A DNA stretch of 64,000 bases, taken from NCBI GenBank assembly GCA_951406725.2, contig OX597837.1:12028001-12092000 (forward strand), given 5' to 3'. The stretch's first letter is position 1; every line of letters starts with the position of its first letter. The translations under genes were made by a program, and so were the position numbers. This document shows, piece by piece, positions 44,962-58,498 of the stretch. Under the pieces are notes generated by a model. That model saw only the letters and a list, made by a program, of their open reading frames with translations, searched no databases and was not told the origin of the DNA. The DNA comes from Octopus vulgaris (Eukaryota).

Positions 44962-45371
44962 ATACACATACGCAAACCCGGAAAAGCTTTTTGCAACAGG
45001 CAAAAAAATAAAAATAAATAAATTAGTGGAATTTGAGCCGGTAAAGTGTATTGAATATGTTAAGGCAATTTGACTTCTCCCCAGACACAGCAAAATTTAT
45101 TTCTACACACGGATTCAAATAAGGAATCTTGCAAACCAGATAAAAACACAAAGTATATACACACACCCTTACATATACACACACGCCAAGTACATAGAAA
45201 AAAAAATGATGGGCCGGCCGGCTACCTGGGGAAAACAGTGCTGTGTAAATATGTGCAGCAAGTATTTGTGTGTTGGAATAAAACAATGGACATATTACTG
45301 AGACGAAGCGAAAGACGAGCGGAAGAGAAATGGAAAAATACATATTTATATATTAAATACACAACAGACAC

Positions 45372-45424
<53 letters not shown>

Positions 45425-45588
45425 GCCTGTCTGTCTGTCTGCCTGTCCGCGCCCGGCCACGTATATATAAATACGTGTTTGTGTATATAAATAAATATAT
45501 ATAGAAACATAAATACATAAAATGTTTTGTATCGGTATGTATGAAAGAAATACACCACACATACACATACACGGACATCAATATGTAT

Positions 45589-45660
<72 letters not shown>

Positions 45661-45664
<4 letters not shown>

Positions 45665-46006
45665 AAACAAGTAAAAAATAGAAAATGCTAAAATAATTTT
45701 ATAGTGAACATTTCAGTACCGGTTTCGGTCATTTTGAGACCTTTTCAACTGTAACGATTAAATAATTAAATTTAGAAAAATTAGAAGAAAAGTTTTTTAA
45801 AAGAATATTTCTATAGTAGTGTTCAGATTTAAGTGGCATTCTGCCTTTCTCTGACTCCCTTGTTTGCACTTGTGTGTTCGAGGTAGTTGTGAGTTCTTGG
45901 TAGGGTAGTAGAGGGAAGGCTGGTGAGGAAAGGGGGTGGGAGAATCTGGGAGTGCCCTGATGGTCGTATTTTGAATGGTCAGTGGCGGCTGGCAGTCTCA
46001 GTTCAA
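45661..46006 (-). mobile_element. Family E hammerhead-bearing element, longer copy, in (TA)n
   Basis: Same 3' end as 30263-30490, extends about 120 nt further 5'; (TA)n on both sides. Confidence 0.8.
45714..45751 (-). ncRNA. Minimal hammerhead motif, U3-A8 core variant (family E copy 2)
   Basis: 38-nt motif identical to 30317-30354. Confidence 0.7.
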
Positions 46007-46245
46007 TATATATATATATAAACACGCAATATTAAAAAGGTATTTGTAGGTGTATGTGTGTGTATGCGTGTGTGTGTGTGTGTGTGTGAGTGAGTGAGAG
46101 AGAGAGAGAGAGAATCAGAACTAGTAGAACGGTGACCAAAATATTTATGCCCTGAGTTCAAATCCTGCCGAGGTCAACTTGCTTTTTTTAATACTTTTAT
46201 GTGTTTTAATATCATCGACTGAACTCAAAGATTTGTACCCCTGAG

Positions 46246-46327
<82 letters not shown>

Positions 46328-46571
46328 GTAGATAGAGATAAGTAGATACGTGTATGTATGTATAGATTTTTATTATTTGTTATCGGCAGAAGTTACAAAG
46401 TGCTTTGAATACCGAGACTTTCGTATATAAAGAACGGCATTCCAATGATCAAACCTAAGAGTTTACACGCACACACACACACACGTAATGTATATTATTG
46501 ATTTGTATATATTTGATCATTAGCAATAATTATTTGATCATTTAATTAATGAATAATAATTAATAGCTTCA

Positions 46572-46772
46572 AATCTTGGCACAAGTCCAGGGGAGGAGGA
46601 ACAAAGTCAATCAGATTGATCGCCCAGTGTACAACTGGTACTTATTTTATCGACACCGAAAGGATGAGAAGGCTAAGTCGACCTCAGTGGAATTTGGACT
46701 CTGAACGTAAAGACGGACGAAATGCCGGTAAGCATTTTGTCCGGCGTGCTAACGATTCGGTCAAGCTCGCCG
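46572..46772 (-). mobile_element. SINE family 2
   Basis: Colinear with family 2. Confidence 0.78.
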
Positions 46773-47025
46773 CTTTAGCTTAATACATAAATAATATCGA
46801 TTTCTGAAATGAAAGGAGAAATCAAACTTAGGACCCAGGCGAGGTTTCGAACCCACAACACCAAGGGAGATAACTAAAAGACCACAAGGCTCATTGCATT
46901 CTCCGGACGCTCTACCGTTTCTGAAGGCCAGACCTACCCCCATCCACTCTCTTATATAATAACAATATAGTGTATATATATATATATTTATACTTTATTT
47001 AAAAGCAGCAGAAATATAACAAAAG

Positions 47026-47063
47026 CTGTTACTAGGAGTTTCGCGTTCCCGTTCGTCGGACAG
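47026..47063 (-). ncRNA. Hammerhead motif (family F, inverted copy)
   Basis: CUGU-CCGACGA-ACG(ggaa)CGC-GAAA-CUCCUAG-UA-ACAG; stem I CUGU/ACAG. Confidence 0.55.
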
Positions 47064-47107
47064 TTTTGTTAAAAAAAGAAAATTTATGTTTCTTTTTTTT
47101 AACAAAA

Positions 47108-47145
47108 CTGTCCGTCGAACGGGAACGTGAAACTCCGAGTAACAG
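47108..47145 (+). ncRNA. Hammerhead motif (family F, direct copy)
   Basis: CUGU-CCGUCGA-ACG(ggaa)CGU-GAAA-CUC(c)GAG-UA-ACAG; all three stems pair, but the core has A6U. Confidence 0.55.
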
Positions 47146-47247
47146 CTTTTGTTATATTTCTGCTGCTTTTAAATAAAGCATATTACTCTACCTCTGGTAT
47201 TTGAATACTCTTTTTTCCACCTTGTTACACATTTACGTGCTTATACC

Positions 47248-47283
<36 letters not shown>

Positions 47284-47315
47284 GGTGCACCTGAGCACTG
47301 TATACAATAATTTCA

Positions 47316-47361
<46 letters not shown>

Positions 47362-48101
47362 GGGTATATAAGCCGGGCATGGACAACCTTTTTCGAGAAG
47401 CGGGCCGCAAGCACCACAAAAACGATCAAGAAAATGAAAGAAAAAAAAAGGAAAAAAAAGGAGAAAAGAAAAGAAAACTAAAAAAAAAAAGTTGAAGGTT
47501 CATCATTATTGATTTTGTTGGTGTGCTGTCATTCAGAAAAGTCCCGCGGGCCGCACCGCAGTTTTTTTGGTCCGTGATGGGGTTAATAACTAAATGACAA
47601 CCTCGATGGAGATCATATGACGACGACGACGACGATGATGGTGATGATGGTGATGATGATGGTGGTTCTGGTGGTCATGTGACTGTGTCAAGGCCGTTGG
47701 ATGCTGACAGAACCAACCACAATAATTTTGAATGACGTTTATCGCTTTTGCACAAAGAGCAATTTTCCCTCGTTTTCATTTTTTAATATCTTTTTTTGTA
47801 ATTTGTAATTAAAACGAAAACGATAGCCAGTCGTTAATTACTGGTACTAAACAAATGACTGGTTTTTTTTTTAATTAAGCGTTAATTCTAGATAAAAAAA
47901 AGACCAAACAAAACAACAAAAAATCCACGTTTAATTTAATTGAATTTTAAATCTAACTTATTTAATTACATAATTCATTTCATTTATTTTTAACCGTAGA
48001 AAGAAAGACAAGATCAAAAAGTATTTTTAAAATGACTTGGTCACTTGGTTACTAGAAATGACAGTCAAATCCTTCCCTCAAATCACACCCTGCTATCTTT
48101 T

Positions 48102-48166
<65 letters not shown>

Positions 48167-48914
48167 TACATATATACACCATGGAAACTAAGAAATTAGA
48201 TCGTGGAAGAGTCGAAGTTGTCACTTAGAACCACAAGAAATAACAGCCAAATCTCCCTCAAATCACAGCTAAGAACTAGATAACAGTATAGTTGACTCGG
48301 TCGTTTAGAGACACTAGAAATAACAGAAGAGGAAAGGAAGGCAGGATGGTCACGGTCGGACTACGTCTAATCATAAGTCTGCTGGATTTGGGCTTACCCA
48401 GAGTTAGACATGTGAGAATGGTCAAGTGTTTTCGAAGAATGCTTTCCGAAAATAAGTTCACACACACACACACACCTATTTTTTTTTAAAGTTATGAGGG
48501 CTACGGTTAGGGTGCGGTGGAGGGTGAGTATGTACCATTGCGTACACCCTCACATACACACACACTGAGAAATGTATTTTTGAATCTTAGAGGCTTTCGA
48601 TCCCTATCTTCAGGGTCTCTCAGACACGGGGTGAGGGGGATAGATAAATTGATGAATGGATGGAAGACGTCCTCTGACCCTCCCCCTGAGAACCCTGTCC
48701 AAAATGTGACCAACATGGTGAAGAAATTTATACTGGAAAAAAAAAATAATAATAATTAAGATAATGATGCGTCGTCTTTCTCTCGTTAAATTATTTCCGC
48801 CTTCTCTGAATCGAAAATACAAAAATGGAACCTTTCCTAATTTTTTTTATTTCCTTTTTAACCCCCAAACCAAAATAAAAGTAATTTCTTAAGACAACAA
48901 TTACCCCCGTCACA

Positions 48915-48985
<71 letters not shown>

Positions 48986-49351
48986 ATATATATATATTAT
49001 ATATATATATGTGTATATATATGCATGTGTATGTATAAATATATATATTTAATACAAATAGGAAAATAAAAATGAAAACGTGATTAAATAATACTCACAT
49101 TTATAAATATTTATATACGTATATATATTTACATTTATTTTTGTATCTCTCTCTATATATATACATACACATATATATACATACACCTATATATATATAT
49201 ATTTTTATTTATTTATTTATTTATTTGTGCCCCAGCATGGCCACAGCCTAATGACTGAAACCAGCGTAAAGGTAAAAGATGTATGTATATAATTTATATT
49301 TGTATACACTCACACATACCTACGCACAATTTTATAGAAAAAGAATGGAAA

Positions 49352-49409
<58 letters not shown>

Positions 49410-49846
49410 GCCATAGATACAGTTTAGCAGCAGCAGTAATAGTAGAAGTAGTAGTAGTAGTAGTATCAGCAGCATTAGTATGTGCCAAGGTGTGCAGCAT
49501 CAATAAAGCAACTAATATTTACCAACATTGCAGCACAATTCTTGTGTTTGTGCGCGTGTGGGTGTGAGGGGCGGCAGCGGTGGCGGTGGTGATGTGGTGA
49601 TGGTGGTGGTGGGGGTGTTTGGCTGGTGGTCGTCGGTGTACGGACTAATGGTTGTTATATAAAAAGAACGAGAGAGTGAGGTGGGGTGGGTGGGTTTGTG
49701 GGTGGGTGGTTGGATGGTTGGGTGTGTGGGGTGTGTGGGGTGTGTGTGGGGGTTGGGGGAAGAGAGATTCTGAGAGAGAAAAAAAGGCTCAGCAAGAATT
49801 AGTTCAGTGGTGATGGAAAAATATAAATACACCTAGATTGATTACA

Positions 49847-50002
<156 letters not shown>

Positions 50003-50064
50003 ATAATATATATTATATATATATATATATATATTATAATTTATAAATAAATACCATTCCTATA

Positions 50065-50138
<74 letters not shown>

Positions 50139-50970
50139 TGTACGTATATAGGTAGGCAGGTAGGTTAAGTTGATATGCAAGTAGACATATAGGTGTAGAT
50201 AAGGAAAATGAGATATATATATATATAGAGAGAGAGAGAAGAGAGAGAGAAATATAGATAAACAGGTAAAAAAAGGAAGAGAGAAAATGTGTGTGTGTAT
50301 ATGTGTGTGTGTGTGTGAGAGAAGAGAGAGAGAGTGAGAGTGGGTGAACAAGTGTGTGAAAAAAGAGAGAGAGAGAGAAAGGAATGAAGATAGAATGTAA
50401 GAGATAGAAAGGAAAGGAAAGAGAGAGAGAGAGAGAGGGAGGGAGAAGAGATAGGAATTTTCCTTCAGAATATATTATATATTTTTTTGAACACAGGTAC
50501 AGAAGAACTGGATAAAAATCTCAGTGATCGATCGATCGATCGATTGACTGACTGATTGATTCATTCATTTATAATTAATTAAATGTTTTCCTAACAACAC
50601 CAACACAACAACAATCAATTCATTTTAATATTAATTAATACCACGGTGGAAGTTATTAACTAATAATCTCAGGAGGAACAGATTTTAACACAGGGTGTGT
50701 GTCGGGTGTGTCGGTACCCATACCCACGATTTTGTTTTGAAGGGGGGAAATGGAGATTAAAGACAAAAAAAAGGGGTTTTTTAAACCGTAAATCCCGTTG
50801 TTTGAAAGACAGGAAGAGGATACTTAAAAGAATGAAATAAGGGGGAAATAGGGGATAAGCAACAGAGGATATATTTTCATTAATATAATGAGTGTGTGCG
50901 TGTGCGTATACGAAAGTGTGTGTGTGTACAAACGTGTGTCATGTGCAGGTGTGTGTGTGTATATATATAC

Positions 50971-51042
<72 letters not shown>

Positions 51043-51129
51043 CATAATATACACATATATATAATATACATATATATATTATATATGTATATATATTAAA
51101 TATATAGATACATACACATACATACATAT

Positions 51130-51178
<49 letters not shown>

Positions 51179-51261
51179 GCACACATATATATATATACAC
51201 ACACATATATATATACACACACACACAGACATATATATATATATACATACATATATATGTA

Positions 51262-51303
<42 letters not shown>

Positions 51304-51338
51304 TTATATAACCTTGTGTGTGTGTGTATATATATATA

Positions 51339-51383
<45 letters not shown>

Positions 51384-51662
51384 GTAATGCGCAGTGCCAC
51401 TACGAAATTCTTCGCCGCCTGCGTTTGTTTTGCTTAAAAGGTTTCGTGTGAGAAACTTAATTTCTATCAAAGAACGACGGTGTAGTCCGTATAAAAGAGA
51501 TAAGAAGTAACTACTAATAATAAAAACAACAAAATGAAATAATTAAAAGTGGTTTTGGGGAACACGGGTAAAAAAAACAAAACAAACAATATATGTAATT
51601 TAGGGATCAGGAAAGTTTTATGGCAAAGGTCAAGTTTAGGGGGTTCAAAGATCAAGACTCAC

Positions 51663-52283
51663 CTGGTCACTCCAGCCAACTCCGTATCGCCATTCTGTTA
51701 CATAGTGTTCGACATTTCTGGTTAAGAAATTATAGGGTACAGACTGTCCGACAGAGATCAAACTCTTGGAGAGGATTTCTTCTAAAGGTAACGGTTCCAG
51801 GCCGCGCTCTTTGGCCGGCACCTCTTTGTTGTTAATCCGAACCAGGCAATCACCGGCCACCTCCTGCAGGTAACTGCGCCGGACGAACGATTCCGAGGAA
51901 GAGATTTCCGATTTCGGTCCCGACACGTGCACAATCTCGCCGTCCCCTACGTACAGGCCCCAGTGCGTGTAGATCGTGCGATCGATCTCGATTAGATCCC
52001 CCAGCTCCACGTCCTCCAGGTCGGACGGCCGACAGAAGCTCCGCAACCCGGTCAACATCCCGCTGGGGCTGCTCGGCGACGGGCACCCGCTCGGCACTCG
52101 AACCCGGTTCCGCGGTACTTCTTCCTTCATTATTATATGTTTGTTGTTGATATTGTGATTATTATTGTTCTTCTTGTTGTTGTTATTGTGATTGTTTGTT
52201 TTCGTTATTGTTGCGGGTGTTGTTGTTGTTGTGAGTTTGTTATTTTTTTCTTCAATTTTCTCCAAGAATGTTATGGGCTTCAT
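51663..52283 (-). CDS. PLAAT: PLAAT/HRASLS-family (LRAT domain) protein, coding exon 1 (aa 1-207)
   Basis: The ORF contains GDLIEIDRTIYTHWGLYVGDGEIVHV, VRINNK, PLPLEEI and PYNFLTRNVEHYVTEWRYGVGWSDQ, colinear with PLAAT/HRASLS motifs. It ends at a consensus donor CAG|GTGAGT (intron starts 51662, phase 0). The N-terminus is Asn/Thr low-complexity; the start could also be Met52. The symbol is family-level only. Confidence 0.92.
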
Positions 52284-53008
52284 TGAAAATCCGTTTGTTT
52301 TACAAAATCACAAAAATTAAGAAATAACAAAACGATATCAAATGGTCAGCTTGATATCATGCAATATAAATAATTTCAATTATTGTATAATATAAATACA
52401 CATACAACTATGTATATATATATATGTGTGTATGATTTGATGGCTGTTGATGATGTATGTGTATATTATATATTATTATATATACAATTTATGTCAAAGA
52501 GGATTTTTTTGACTGAATGGTGAATATATATGTGTGTGTTTGGAAAATATCAATTATCACAACACGGGTATAAATGAGATATCAGATATCTGTATATGTC
52601 TAATTAATGAGATGCAAGGTTGTAATTAATGAGTGTCCTGGGCAAAATGTTATAGGCGAATGGCAAAATGTATTTGTCTTTGGACGAAACATTGAAAACG
52701 AAGAGATCCAATAATTATGATCCAACAGGGAATTGGAAAAAAATTACAAAATAATTAATCCAATTAGTTTATCCTTTGGCGGGTTTAAAAGAATTACTGA
52801 GAAACGGAAAAATTTATGACCATCATAAGAAATAATGATGGCATCGGCGTTAAATGTAAGCAAATCTTGTTTTTAGAAGAAGGCTGCATGAGTTTTTGTA
52901 ATAATAACAATAATTATTATTATTTATGATAACAATAAGCGCAAGGTGGAAGTGCAGAGCGAATAAAATGCAAGCGTTATGGTACACACAGCATAGCTTC
53001 CAATCAGC

Positions 53009-53140
53009 AACTGAAGTGGTACGGCCAAAGCGAGGCTGATATATATAGGCGGACGATTCCATTCGGCGGCGAGGGGAAGTACAGATAGGAAGCGACAGGG
53101 AAAAGCTGAAAACATTCCTGGAAAGCGCAGCATGGATTGG
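53009..53140 (-). promoter_or_regulatory. Candidate Pol II core promoter of the PLAAT-like gene (CCAAT, TATA, Inr)
   Basis: Minus strand: CCAAT 53140-53136, TATATATAT 53047-53039, TCAGTT initiator 53014-53009 (A at 53012). The TATA spans about -35 to -27. It lies in a CpG-containing unique segment about 730 nt upstream of the ATG. Confidence 0.5.
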
Positions 53141-53528
53141 TCGAAAGCGTGTTTATGATGTGTGCGTGTGAGTGTATATATATATATAATATGTATGTAT
53201 GTATGTGTGGATATGGTTGTGTTTGTATCTATTAATGTATATGTTACGGCACGTTTCGGTGTCTGTCTGTCTGTATGTGTGTGTGTGTGTGTGTGTGTAT
53301 GTGTGTGTGTGTGTGTGTGTATGTGTGTGTGTGTGTGTGGATGTGTTTGTGTTTATATACGTGTGTTTATATGTATTTCCGTGTAAGTTACGGTGCATAT
53401 CGGTGTATATACGTACGTACGTACGTATGTATGTATGTATGTATGTATGTATGTATGTATGTATGTATGTATGTATGTATGTTTGTATGTATGTATGTAT
53501 GTCCGTGTTGTGAATGTGTGTATGTATG

Positions 53529-53561
<33 letters not shown>

Positions 53562-53671
53562 TTATGCTATGGCGCGTGTCACTGTTATGTTGTCTGGTGA
53601 TGTGTGTGCTTATATGGCATGTGTGTACGTATCAATGTGTATATATGTGCATATGTGTGTATGTATGTATG

Positions 53672-53705
<34 letters not shown>

Positions 53706-53888
53706 TGTATGTACGTATATGTGTGTGTGTTTATGCTACGGAGCGTGTCGGTAACATCCGCTATCAACTGTACCTTATATCTATTTAACCCAAGGTCGGT
53801 TGCGTTCGAGCCAGCCCCTACTATCGAAGACGGGCGTTCCAGTTATGACATTCATCTCTTGATATATATAGCCTATTTCTAATTAGGC

Positions 53889-54120
53889 CAGTGGCTCTTT
53901 TTGGTGTGGCCATAAAAGATTTTGCCGATAAAATTTGTGCAATAAGCTGGTTATTCAGCAATGCAAAATATTTTAACAGTTTTCTAAACACAGTTTTTAA
54001 TATTATTTAATTACAAAAAAATAGGATACTTTCAGCAGGGAATGGGTATATGAGGGTCCCCCCGCCGGGTAAAACAGGACTCACAGAGGTCCCTTGGGGA
54101 AAATGGTAGGTGAGACCACT
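53889..54120. mobile_element. Degenerate hAT-like MITE (related partial copy at ~60856-61010)
   Basis: cagtgg...gagaccact termini; internal similarity to 60856-61010 (taaaattt.tgc, caaaatattttaa). Confidence 0.5.
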
Positions 54121-54232
54121 AACAGAAGGCCATAGATAAATAAATAGAGATTTGTCTGTTATTTGTAGGTGAATGACCACTTAAAGGATCCGTTTGTTTT
54201 GTGTGTGCCTCTGTGTGTGTGTGTGTGTGTTA

Positions 54233-54272
<40 letters not shown>

Positions 54273-54299
54273 AATTCTATAGCTGTTTGTTTGTTTATC

Positions 54300-54490
54300 C
54301 CTTGGTCATCTTTGAGCAAATCTATAAACAAGGGCGTGCCGACAACGACCATCCATCCTCTCCTTTTAAAGTTGTAGTATATCTAGGATCACATTAACCA
54401 ATTTGTCCTTCCTTTCTAAGACAGTAAACATGCAGATTTGAGGAAGATTTGGTTGCTATTTCTAGCAGAGTCATGCGACCATTTGGAGTC
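54300..54490. repeat. Unclassified interspersed repeat family (also ~5060-5310, 48035-48330, 55570-55635, 55950-56140, 56900-57000)
   Basis: Recurrent gatttgagg.agatttgg.tg.tatttctag block, in either orientation. Confidence 0.55.
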
Positions 54491-54540
54491 TCGATAATTT
54501 ACTAGTGTGTGTGTGTATGTGTGTAGTATATTATGCCGTA

Positions 54541-54577
<37 letters not shown>

Positions 54578-54584
54578 GTGGTGG

Positions 54585-54741
54585 GGCGTGTTAAAAAATT
54601 TGCTTCTCAATCACATGGTTCCGGGTTCAGTCCCACTGCGCGGTATCTTGGGGCAAGTATTTTCAGCTATAGCTCCGGGCCGACCAAAGCCTTGTGAGTG
54701 GATTTGGTAGACGGAAACTGAAAGAAGCCCGTCTTGTGTGC

Positions 54742-54837
<96 letters not shown>

Positions 54838-55020
54838 GTTTATGTTTTTGTGTCTATCTGTCCCCTCCATCACAGCTTGACAACCGGTGTAGGTGTGTTT
54901 GCGTCCCCGTAACTTAGCAGTTCGGCAAAAGGGACTGATACAATAAGTACAAGGCTTTAAAAAAAGGAGTCCTGGGGTCGATTTGTTCGACTAAAACCCT
55001 TCTAGTCGGTGCACCAGCAT
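54585..55020 (+). mobile_element. SINE family 1 (further 3' fragment at ~55170-55290)
   Basis: Colinear with 61245-61679. Confidence 0.82.
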
Positions 55021-55028
55021 ATATAAAA

Positions 55029-55096
<68 letters not shown>

Positions 55097-55406
55097 TCAC
55101 ACACATACATACAGATACACACACACGCATATATAATACACATACATGTGTGTGTGTGTGTGTGTTTGACTATGTCCGCTACCACCGCTTGACAACCGGT
55201 GCTGGTTTGTTTATGACCCCGTAACTAAGGGGTTCAGCAAAAGAGACTAGGGCTAAAAATTTAAAAAATGTACTGGGGTCGATTCGACCACTAAAGATTT
55301 GGGTTCACTCACTTACTACAACGGCCCTTCGGTTTTTCTAAGCCCTGTAAAAGAACTCGAAAGGTTGGGCCTAGCCAGGCCTTCGCGACACCTTTCCACC
55401 ACTCCC

Positions 55407-55460
<54 letters not shown>

Positions 55461-56199
55461 TTGTGTGTGTGTATGCATGTGTGTGTGTGCATGTATTAGT
55501 GCATATTACAGAGTGTGGTACACGCAATCGTTGTTGTGCAACGGTGTTTGTGTGAGAGTGTCACCAGCACAGTCTCTACGTGGTTCTACAATCTGCTAGA
55601 AATAGCAGGCAACTATCAAATCGCACCTTAACACTTTAATCTGAGTGTGTGTCTGCATGCGTGTGTGTGTGTGTATGTGTGTTTGTTTTAGAAGGACACG
55701 TTAAATATTGTGTTCCAGGATTTCCCTTGCATATAGGAAAAATTTCTTGATGGTCTCGATTGGCTGTCTTTGTCTTAAGTAACGACATCAACAATAACAA
55801 CAACGATAATAACACAGACGGCGGTGTTTGTGTGTGTGTATGCAATTACGTGTTATGGTGTATACTGCATGTGTGTTTGTGTGCGTGCGTGTATGCCTGT
55901 ATGTCTCTGTGAGTGTGTGTATGCGTATATATGTGTATGCATGTGAGGTCTTGTCGTTTAGGCCCGGATCAAACCAGATTGAGCCGGCCCTGATATCAAA
56001 ACACATTCCAGCCTTTACCATCCAATCTTTTCAAGGCTATCTAGGATTAGATAATCTAATGTGGTGTCCTTTCCTACTTTATTTTTAAAAGACTAGGGGT
56101 GAATTAAAGAAATCCGGTTGTTATTTCTAGCAACCGGTCCTAATGACCACACAGACGAGCCCTCCCGTTAGCTGTATGTGTCTGTGTATTGATGTCTGT

Positions 56200-56800
56200 A
56201 TATGTATACTTGTGTATGTGTATGTGTGTATGTACGTATGTATGCATGCATTCATGCATGTATGCATGTATGCATGTATGTATGCATGTATGTATGTATG
56301 TATGTATGTGTATGTATGGATGTATGTATGTATGTACGTATGTATGCATGCATTCATGCATGTATGCATGTATGCATGTATGTATGCATGTATGTGTATG
56401 TATGTATGTATGTATGTATGTATGTATGTATGTATGCATGTATGCATGTATGTATGTATGTATGTATGTATGTATGTATGTATGTATGTATGTATGTATG
56501 TATGTATGTATGTATGTATGCATGCATGTATGTATGTATGTATGTATGTATGGATGTATGTATGTATGTATGTATGTATGTATGTATGTATGTATGTATG
56601 TATGTATGTATGTATGTATGTATGTATGTATGCATGTATGTATGTATGCATGTATGCATGTATGTATTGTATGCATGTATGTATGTATGCATGTATGTAT
56701 GTATGCATGTATGTATGTATGCATGTATGCATGTACGTATGTATGTACGTATGTATGTACGTATGTATGTATGTATGTATGTATGTATGTATGTATGTGT
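56200..56800. repeat. Long compound (TATG)n/(CATG) microsatellite, representative of very many (TA)n, (CA)n, (GA)n, (TATC)n, (TATG)n, (GGT)n and (ATC)n tracts across the window
   Basis: Directly visible; these tracts generate nearly all ORFs in the track. Confidence 0.97.
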
Positions 56801-57171
56801 CTGTTTTTCTTTGTTCTCGTTAATTTCAGGTCAACCTTGATTGAAAAGACCTATCACCAAAGACGTTCCAACCATACCCACCTCCTCGTCTCTTTAAATG
56901 TAGCTAAGACTACATTTCCTAACGCGTCCTTCCTCTTATTTCTAAGATGACAGGATGAGATCGCAGTTAATTTGGTTGTTGTTTCTAGTACGTCGACCGA
57001 GACCACGTAGTGATACACCCGTCCGTCTGCGCTTGCGCACGCGTGTGTCTGTGTATGTGTGTGTTTGTGTGTACGTATATGTGTGATGTTATTTCTGTTC
57101 GTATGTGAAAAGTGCACTTTTGGCATTGTCTCGCTATTTCTTCTCCCTCCTCTTCTATTTCGCGATCTTTG

Positions 57172-57206
<35 letters not shown>

Positions 57207-57262
57207 TACACATTAAAACCTTATATATATATATGTCAATATCTATCTATCCATCCATATTA

Positions 57263-57337
<75 letters not shown>

Positions 57338-57429
57338 CAGCCCTCAATCCATCTATCCCTCTCTCTCTCTCTCTTTCTTTCTCTCTCTCTCTCTATCTAT
57401 CCATCCATCCATCCATCCATCCATCCATC

Positions 57430-57476
<47 letters not shown>

Positions 57477-57486
57477 CATCCATCCA

Positions 57487-57595
<109 letters not shown>

Positions 57596-58298
57596 GTCTA
57601 TCTGTCTGTCTATCTATATGTCTGTCTGTCTTTGTCTATCTCAACAGCATATGCACATGTGTACGCGTGACATTGTATGACAACGTAAGTGGTACAAATG
57701 ATTATATATATGTGTATATGTGTATATGTGTGTGTTGTGTGTGTGTGTTCTGTCTGAAGTAATAAGGTTAGCCTAACTCACAGCACACATTTCAAGAAAA
57801 GGAAGCCTTACGAGTCGTTGTCGTCGAGCCATCATCTGGGCAACCTGTTACAGCTTTTATAATGAAAGCACGGAACTGACAGATGACGTCCAGAGCGCCG
57901 AGGACAACTAATAATCGCGCGCTTGCACCGCCATCTTTTCTTTCCCTCACTTTTACCCGACAAAAGCAACAATTAGTTACACACACACACACACACACAC
58001 ACACTGTCTCTTTTATTTTTTTTACTTGTTTCAGTCATTTGACTACGGCCATGCTGGAGCACCGCCTTTTTAGTCATGCAAATCGACCCCGGGGCTTATT
58101 CTTTGTAAGCCTAGCACTTATTCTGTCCGTGTGTTTATTCTATCTCCGTAACTTAGCGGTTCGGCTAAAGAGACCGATAGAATAAGTACTAGGCTCACAA
58201 AGAATAAGTCCCGGGGTCGATTTGTTCGACTAAAAAGGCGGTGCTCCAGCATGGCCTCAGTCAAATGACTGAAACAAGTAAAAGAACAATATATATAT

Positions 58299-58498
58299 TT
58301 CAAAATGTGACCGCGTGTGTACCGTAGGCGATTTTTTTCCCTCCGTCTTCCCTTCTCTGGATCTTTCCTTCTCCTATGTCTCCGACGAAGATCTCCGCTC
58401 GAAACGTTAAACCCTCCTTCTTTCCTGAGCGTCCAATAATACTATATTTGTTCCACGTCCTCGCATTGTTGTGTTTTTTTGTGCTTTCTTGTTTGGAT

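Larger units (their letters stand above)
46993..47250. mobile_element. Fold-back insertion (family F): ~88 bp inverted arms plus a unique 3' tail
   Basis: 46993-47081 is the near-perfect reverse complement of 47089-47178; both arms carry a hammerhead motif; (TA)n flanks. Confidence 0.75.

Noticed and set aside
48585-48620. Minus-strand CUGAAGA...GAAA
   Set aside because: Stem II and stem I do not pair in register.
49410-49480. Poly-Leu frame on the minus strand as a possible PLAAT transmembrane exon
   Set aside because: (CTA)n/(CTG)n repeat without an in-frame acceptor.
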